Shown here piece after piece: positions 59,333 through 64,000 of a stretch of 64,000 nucleotides of DNA. Every line of letters starts with the position of its first letter. Position 1 is the stretch's first letter. Position numbers and translations under genes: made by a program. The notes under the pieces are model-generated. The model did not search any database and was not told the origin of the DNA. It saw only the letters and a list, made by a program, of their open reading frames with translations. Source of the stretch: Picochlorum sp. SENEW3 (taxonomy: Eukaryota); assembly GCA_034226945.1 (NCBI GenBank), contig CP120456.1, forward strand, positions 992,001 to 1,056,000. The letters are read 5' to 3'.

Positions 59333-59439
59333 CACAGGCCGGCCGTGATAACCGTAGGGACGGCCCCCTTTGAAGGGGACCAAATCCGGCCAAGTCAAAA
59401 ATATTGAATGCACCCCAAACCTTGGCTCCGGCAATTCCA
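59333..59439. repeat. ~107-bp repeat, inverted copy of 30626-30732; candidate left end of KDZ copy 2
   Basis: Direct comparison. Lies about 200 bp upstream of the KDZ ORF. Confidence 0.88.
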
Positions 59440-59647
59440 ATTTATATATTATGTTTAAATAAGTCATTTTGGCGGCAGTCATGGGTCGGTCAGCCCGTGG
59501 CCGAGTCAACCTTGGCACATTTCCCGAGATGGTTGAGTTTGAGAGGGGCCGAAAACGTAGCCAGAGGTGCGTATGGTGGTTCTCCCCCGTGTTTCATGGA
59601 ATTAAATTCAAATTTCAGCGGCATTCTGTCGGAGTACAGCCCGAATC

Positions 59648-62600
59648 ATGCCCTGTAGAGGCGGAACTCGATGTTGTGTTTCAACCTGGGCTGACTTTTG
59701 CACCATGTTTTTGGCTCTGTGCAGCGAATTGGAGGCTATTCAGAGCGACATGCTCGCTATATGTGATCATATAGGCGATTTGGTGGGTAGTTTTGGAGCC
59801 ACATCGGCGTTCATGGCGTGGATTGGGCCTGACTTGTCCCTGCATATGGTGAGGACTGGAAACATTCATGCCTCTGAAAACAGTGACTTCTGGCCCATGT
59901 TGACTGAATCGTTCAGGTCTGAATGCAACAAGATATCTGGTATGAGCACCTGCGTGCTGAATGCGAGGTTGGTTCGCCTGCTATTGTTCCAGGGGTGCAG
60001 TCCTAATGCTGCTGTGGTCAAGGCCGGATGGAACAACAAGAAGACGTGTATACAGAGGAGGATGGAGCGAGTGAGGGGACTAACAGAGTCTCCTGTATAC
60101 ATATCAGTGTCTGGAAAGTATGGCTTCACGTGGAAGCATCCCCAAGGCTCCACAGAGCTCGACAGGCTGGATGACTTCTTCCACCACCACTCCATGGGGA
60201 TGAAGTTCAGGGCCATGAGCAGCTTGCCAGGACCCGTTTCCCCGCAGATCAAGCGACGTCAAGCCCCTGAGAATCGACGAGCGCCTAACTATTCGAGGAA
60301 ACGATTGAAGACGTGGGATGGGGAGCCTTTGTTGAGGCCAGGATCTCTGGAGTGGTATGAAGACCAGTTGAGGAATCCTCTGGTTGTTCCTGTGCAGCCC
60401 TTGTGCAGGCACGAGGGTGCACCCGGCTGTCATTCACTATCTTGGGCATGTGTGGACTCCAGAGCATACGGTAGGCTTGGGGCGACCTTGCATCACGGGC
60501 TGCTAGTCAAGGTTACTTGCCCAGACAGCAGGGGGGTGAACCTGGAATGCACCTGTGACACTTTTACCGCTGGCACGCGAGAGAACGGTGACTGTGTGCA
60601 TGTACAATATATTTCCAAGCACCTAGAGACCTTCAAAAAGTGTAGGTTTGGGAGAGCGTGCGATGTGATTCAAATCCAGTTGAAGAACAAAGAATGTGTG
60701 GGGTACTACCATGACAATGCCTTTGTCAAGCTAGACACAGTAGGCTGGCGATGCAGCCTGTGCCGAGACTGTCGCAGATGTAGACATGTGCGTACGATGA
60801 ATGGAGTGGACCAAGAGAGCGCTGTCGCGCTCTTGGAGAACCAGGGCATGGCAGAGCCTGACCTTGTTCCATCCCCACATCCAGGCACATTGGACTGGTA
60901 CCTGGAAACTCAGCCTGAGGAGGCGCAGATTACCACGCCGCTGGGTGAAGATATTAGGGAGTCTATACAAAGGATTCATCACGCCGGACTCGCGGCGTGG
61001 ACGCATCCCAAGCCAGGTGGCAAGCATTTTCCTGCCCTCACAGGTCTGAGGCCACCAAAGCCCAGGAACCTCTGCCATTGCCAGCAGGAGTACGATGAGG
61101 TCACGGGCCTCCAACTCGACTATCAATCTGTTCGAGTATTTTTGAATCCTTCAAGATATGACTGCATCCACGAAAGGCCCGTGTATCGATGGGTGTGCCC
61201 AAATAGGAAGCCTGAATGCACTGTTCCCTACACTGGGGTGCATGATGGTCTCTGGAGGGTGTCTTCCACGATGGTGGTGGAGCTGCAGATGATGTATGAT
61301 GCCTATAACTCTGCCCTGCTGTTGGGTGCGCAGTCGTTGGAGAGTCAGTGCGATGAGCTGCGCAGGAAGTACCATGGGAGTTTTGTGTTTGACAGTGAGG
61401 GGTGCCCCAGACTGGATGAATCTGTTCAGCCATTCATGGATGCCACCAAGTTTCGAACCGCTGCGATCCAATTCGGAAAGAGAGCATCCTGGAAGATGGT
61501 ATGGAGGACTGGGCACGAAGAGCGGGCCCTTGATAACCCCATGATGTGCCCATGCTGCATGGACTCACCCAGGGTGCTGATCATGGATGGGACGTCCATG
61601 AGCATCAGGTCCAAGGGATGCTTCGCTCAAAGCATCACCAAATCAGATGATACTGGAAAAGAGGTCCCCAAAAGGTGGGGAAAGAGACAGAGGGCGTTCG
61701 TGAATGTGGTGGCAGGAGTGAGGACAAAGCAACACAGGGCAGAGCTGGTGAGATTGCTGGATCAGTTCCAAAAGTGGATCCGAAGGCTCGGAGACCCTTC
61801 AACAGAGTCCCCAATGTTTACCAAGAGATCTAGACTACTTGAATTGGGTAGGGCATGGAGCTTGGACTCATTCCTGAAGTGGGCACACACCAATGCAAGA
61901 GCATGGTCCGCTCAACCGAAACGGTTGGCCCTGGCAGACTTCGTGCGCTGCCTCGCGAGCGAATCCCCGGTGGTGTCGTATATCTCGATGAAGAATGTAT
62001 CCCATATAAAAGAATGGGTAAAGGATGGCTCGCAGATCTCGAGTGGGGTGATGCAGGACCTGATGAAACACTCCCCATACCTGTGCAAATTGCTACAGAC
62101 AGTGAGCCACTCACAGGGGCACGTCCGAGTTCCCCCCGAGTGGAAACCCCTGCTGACAGAATTGTTTACAAGAATAAAGGATGGCACTACATTTCCTAGC
62201 GGGTATAGCATGGAGAGGGAGCTTGGGAGTGGTGTTGAGGAGGACCAGGAGAACCAGGTGCCTGTACTGGATGGGTCATACCTGCAAACGGGCATACTGA
62301 CTGGCCTTCCTCGCCTTCGGCGAAAACCACACTACGCGACCGACAAAAGTAGAGAGGATGAGAAGAAAGAGGGGTCGGATAAGTGCGACCATGCGTTCTA
62401 CAAGCCAGGTGACAGAACAGGAGGGGTGTTCACCATCCTGTGTGAGCATGGGTTTGTATATGCCTCGTTCATCATCAAAGAAGCAGAGGGGAGGAACGAA
62501 CCGTTTACATTCATGACATGTTATCTTAAAAAGGCTCCAGAGTACGTGATCTACGACAATGCATGCAATTTGCAGGACTATTGCTTGAGCAGAGCTCCCC

Positions 62601-62899
62601 TGTTCTTCATGCACACCAAATTCTTCGTGGATGCGTTCCATTGGGTCAACCATAAGGCGTGCAGCCTTGGATATAGTATCAAAGCACACGAAGACTCGTG
62701 GCTCAAGCTCGTCAACACCCAAGTAGCTGAGCAGAACAATGCAGCCCTGAAGAACCTAAAGTCCATGATGTCCAGGATGTCTCAGAAGTCGTTCATGACG
62801 CTCCTCAAGTCGTTCATGTGCTATCGGAACTTTCGAAAACTAGAAAAGCTGAATGCGGAGGAGGAGAGGAGGCGGAGACGGAACGGGCTCCATTCCTGA
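59648..62899 (+). CDS. KDZ transposase copy 2, intact 1083 aa, with SWIM-like and Cys-cluster domains
   Basis: Motifs CTC..CVH, CSLC..CRH, CPCC..IMDGT, GGVFTILCEHG, YDNAC, VDAFHWVNH, NTQVAEQNN. Confidence 0.88.
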   Translation: MPCRGGTRCCVSTWADFCTMFLALCSELEAIQSDMLAICDHIGDLVGSFGATSAFMAWIGPDLSLHMVRTGNIHASENSDFWPMLTESFRSECNKISGMSTCVLNARLVRLLLFQGCSPNAAVVKAGWNNKKTCIQRRMERVRGLTESPVYISVSGKYGFTWKHPQGSTELDRLDDFFHHHSMGMKFRAMSSLPGPVSPQIKRRQAPENRRAPNYSRKRLKTWDGEPLLRPGSLEWYEDQLRNPLVVPVQPLCRHEGAPGCHSLSWACVDSRAYGRLGATLHHGLLVKVTCPDSRGVNLECTCDTFTAGTRENGDCVHVQYISKHLETFKKCRFGRACDVIQIQLKNKECVGYYHDNAFVKLDTVGWRCSLCRDCRRCRHVRTMNGVDQESAVALLENQGMAEPDLVPSPHPGTLDWYLETQPEEAQITTPLGEDIRESIQRIHHAGLAAWTHPKPGGKHFPALTGLRPPKPRNLCHCQQEYDEVTGLQLDYQSVRVFLNPSRYDCIHERPVYRWVCPNRKPECTVPYTGVHDGLWRVSSTMVVELQMMYDAYNSALLLGAQSLESQCDELRRKYHGSFVFDSEGCPRLDESVQPFMDATKFRTAAIQFGKRASWKMVWRTGHEERALDNPMMCPCCMDSPRVLIMDGTSMSIRSKGCFAQSITKSDDTGKEVPKRWGKRQRAFVNVVAGVRTKQHRAELVRLLDQFQKWIRRLGDPSTESPMFTKRSRLLELGRAWSLDSFLKWAHTNARAWSAQPKRLALADFVRCLASESPVVSYISMKNVSHIKEWVKDGSQISSGVMQDLMKHSPYLCKLLQTVSHSQGHVRVPPEWKPLLTELFTRIKDGTTFPSGYSMERELGSGVEEDQENQVPVLDGSYLQTGILTGLPRLRRKPHYATDKSREDEKKEGSDKCDHAFYKPGDRTGGVFTILCEHGFVYASFIIKEAEGRNEPFTFMTCYLKKAPEYVIYDNACNLQDYCLSRAPLFFMHTKFFVDAFHWVNHKACSLGYSIKAHEDSWLKLVNTQVAEQNNAALKNLKSMMSRMSQKSFMTLLKSFMCYRNFRKLEKLNAEEERRRRRNGLHS

Positions 62900-62958
62900 G
62901 GGCAAGTATGCTGCCCAGTGCATGAGCTCATGGGGGGTTGCCATGCTGGCCTGCTCTC

Positions 62959-64000
62959 TCATGCCCCCGAGGAGCAAGAGCCCGCTTTCTCGACAACATA
63001 ATGCCCACGAGGATATTCAATCTGGTTTGCTTGCCCCGCTCTCGTGAGATCGCGGAAAAGGTGCAGGAGACGGTCCAGCCTCTCCCTGGTACTCTTGCCT
63101 GCACAGTGCTTCTCTCGAAATGCCTCCACCACCATGCTCGCATCAACCATGGGCACAAAGCTGTATTCCTGATTTGGACGGCCTTCGTCAGATACAATGC
63201 CTTTGCTTCGAAGCGTTTGTATGACCTCTGGGAGCAGTTTGGAGATCAGGACGGCTTTGCTCACAGAAAATTTGCACTGGGATGTCTTTGTGAAATTCCC
63301 AAAGTTAGAAATCTTCTTATTGACCGTGCTCTGTAATAATTCACTCAATTCATGCTGCAAAACGTAATATCCAGGAGAAATCCGCCGCTTGTGCTTATCC
63401 AAGAGATGTTGCCCCCCTGTCTGTACAGAGTATACATGGATCACATGCTCAAACACTCTCTGTTCGCCATCTAGTGCTCTTTCGAAGCCGCTCGGCGTTC
63501 CTTCGATCGAAAGGCTGTCGTACATTGATTCTGAATCCCTTTCGATGGCTTGGGATGGAAGGGGCTCCCTTTCTGGAGGGTTGAGGGCAGGGTCTGCCCC
63601 TTCGCTTGCAGCCTCCAACTCCCCATGCCCACCATACTCTCTCAGTATGTTCATGTACCCTGCTATCTGCGATTGCGCGTCTTGGCACTTACTCACCATG
63701 TTGGTAAAGTCTCTCAATAATGGAGCAGAGTCTTAAACAACCGTGTCGACTAGCTCCCTCATGTTGCTCAACTTGCCTTGCAACTCGCTCACTGTCCCCT
63801 CCAGCTCACCCACCTTGGTGCCCAAAACTGCACATTCATCCCGTGCATTGGAGGCTTCCCGGCGCCAGTGGGTGTAATCCACGTAGAGAGACATGATAAG
63901 ACCATGCACCTGGTCATCGACCTTTACTCTGGAGCTCAATTCCCCCTTTTCCAGCAATGGGTACCTTTGGGCAGGCTCCTCGAAGCGCTTTTTGAAAAGT
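62959..64000 (-). pseudogene. KDZ accessory protein with coiled-coil N-terminal part and one in-frame TAA at 63733-63735; runs off the window
   Basis: ORFs 63733..63957 and 62959..63717 share a frame. Homologous to 6420..7417. Confidence 0.72.

Noticed and set aside
30626..59439. 29-kb element bounded by the 107-bp inverted repeat
   Set aside because: No TSD, and the contents interleave with other repeat pairs. An outward-facing reading fits equally well.
60464..60616. Intron present in KDZ copy 2 and absent from copy 1
   Set aside because: No GT-AG boundaries, and the segment encodes a SWIM-like Cys/His motif.
63733..63735. In-frame TAA as a sign of a TAA=Gln genetic code
   Set aside because: Other long ORFs are uninterrupted under the standard code and several end in TAA or TAG. 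This is an isolated nonsense change or error.

Overview
Eukaryotic DNA, shown by two clean in-frame GT-AG introns (16068-16136 and 45284-45356) and the standard genetic code; an alga or other protist is my inference. I recognise no housekeeping gene. The 64 kb is a dense mosaic of mobile elements: three divergent L1/Tx1-like LINEs (all on the minus strand, all keeping ORF1), two KDZ (Kyakuja-Dileera-Zisupton) transposase plus accessory-gene pairs, two CACTA/EnSpm-type transposases (one inside an element with 18-bp CACTT TIRs, 42427-48499), two MULE-SWIM transposases, a YqaJ-like/Ulp1 protease gene, pogo-type elements, two MITEs, a probable Helitron 3' end and a truncated D5-like primase-helicase. 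Two AT-rich, intronless, membrane-anchored enzyme genes (a SAM methyltransferase and a GT-A-like glycosyltransferase) are embedded in it. Each sits behind a copy of the same ~330-bp repeat and a palindrome-containing spacer. Elements are joined at abrupt junctions, usually without TSDs or poly(A), and short spacer modules recur tens of kb apart. Most frameshifts in the long ORFs are 1-bp homopolymer indels, so many apparent pseudogenes may be intact. All family calls come from motif recognition by eye; no database search was run.
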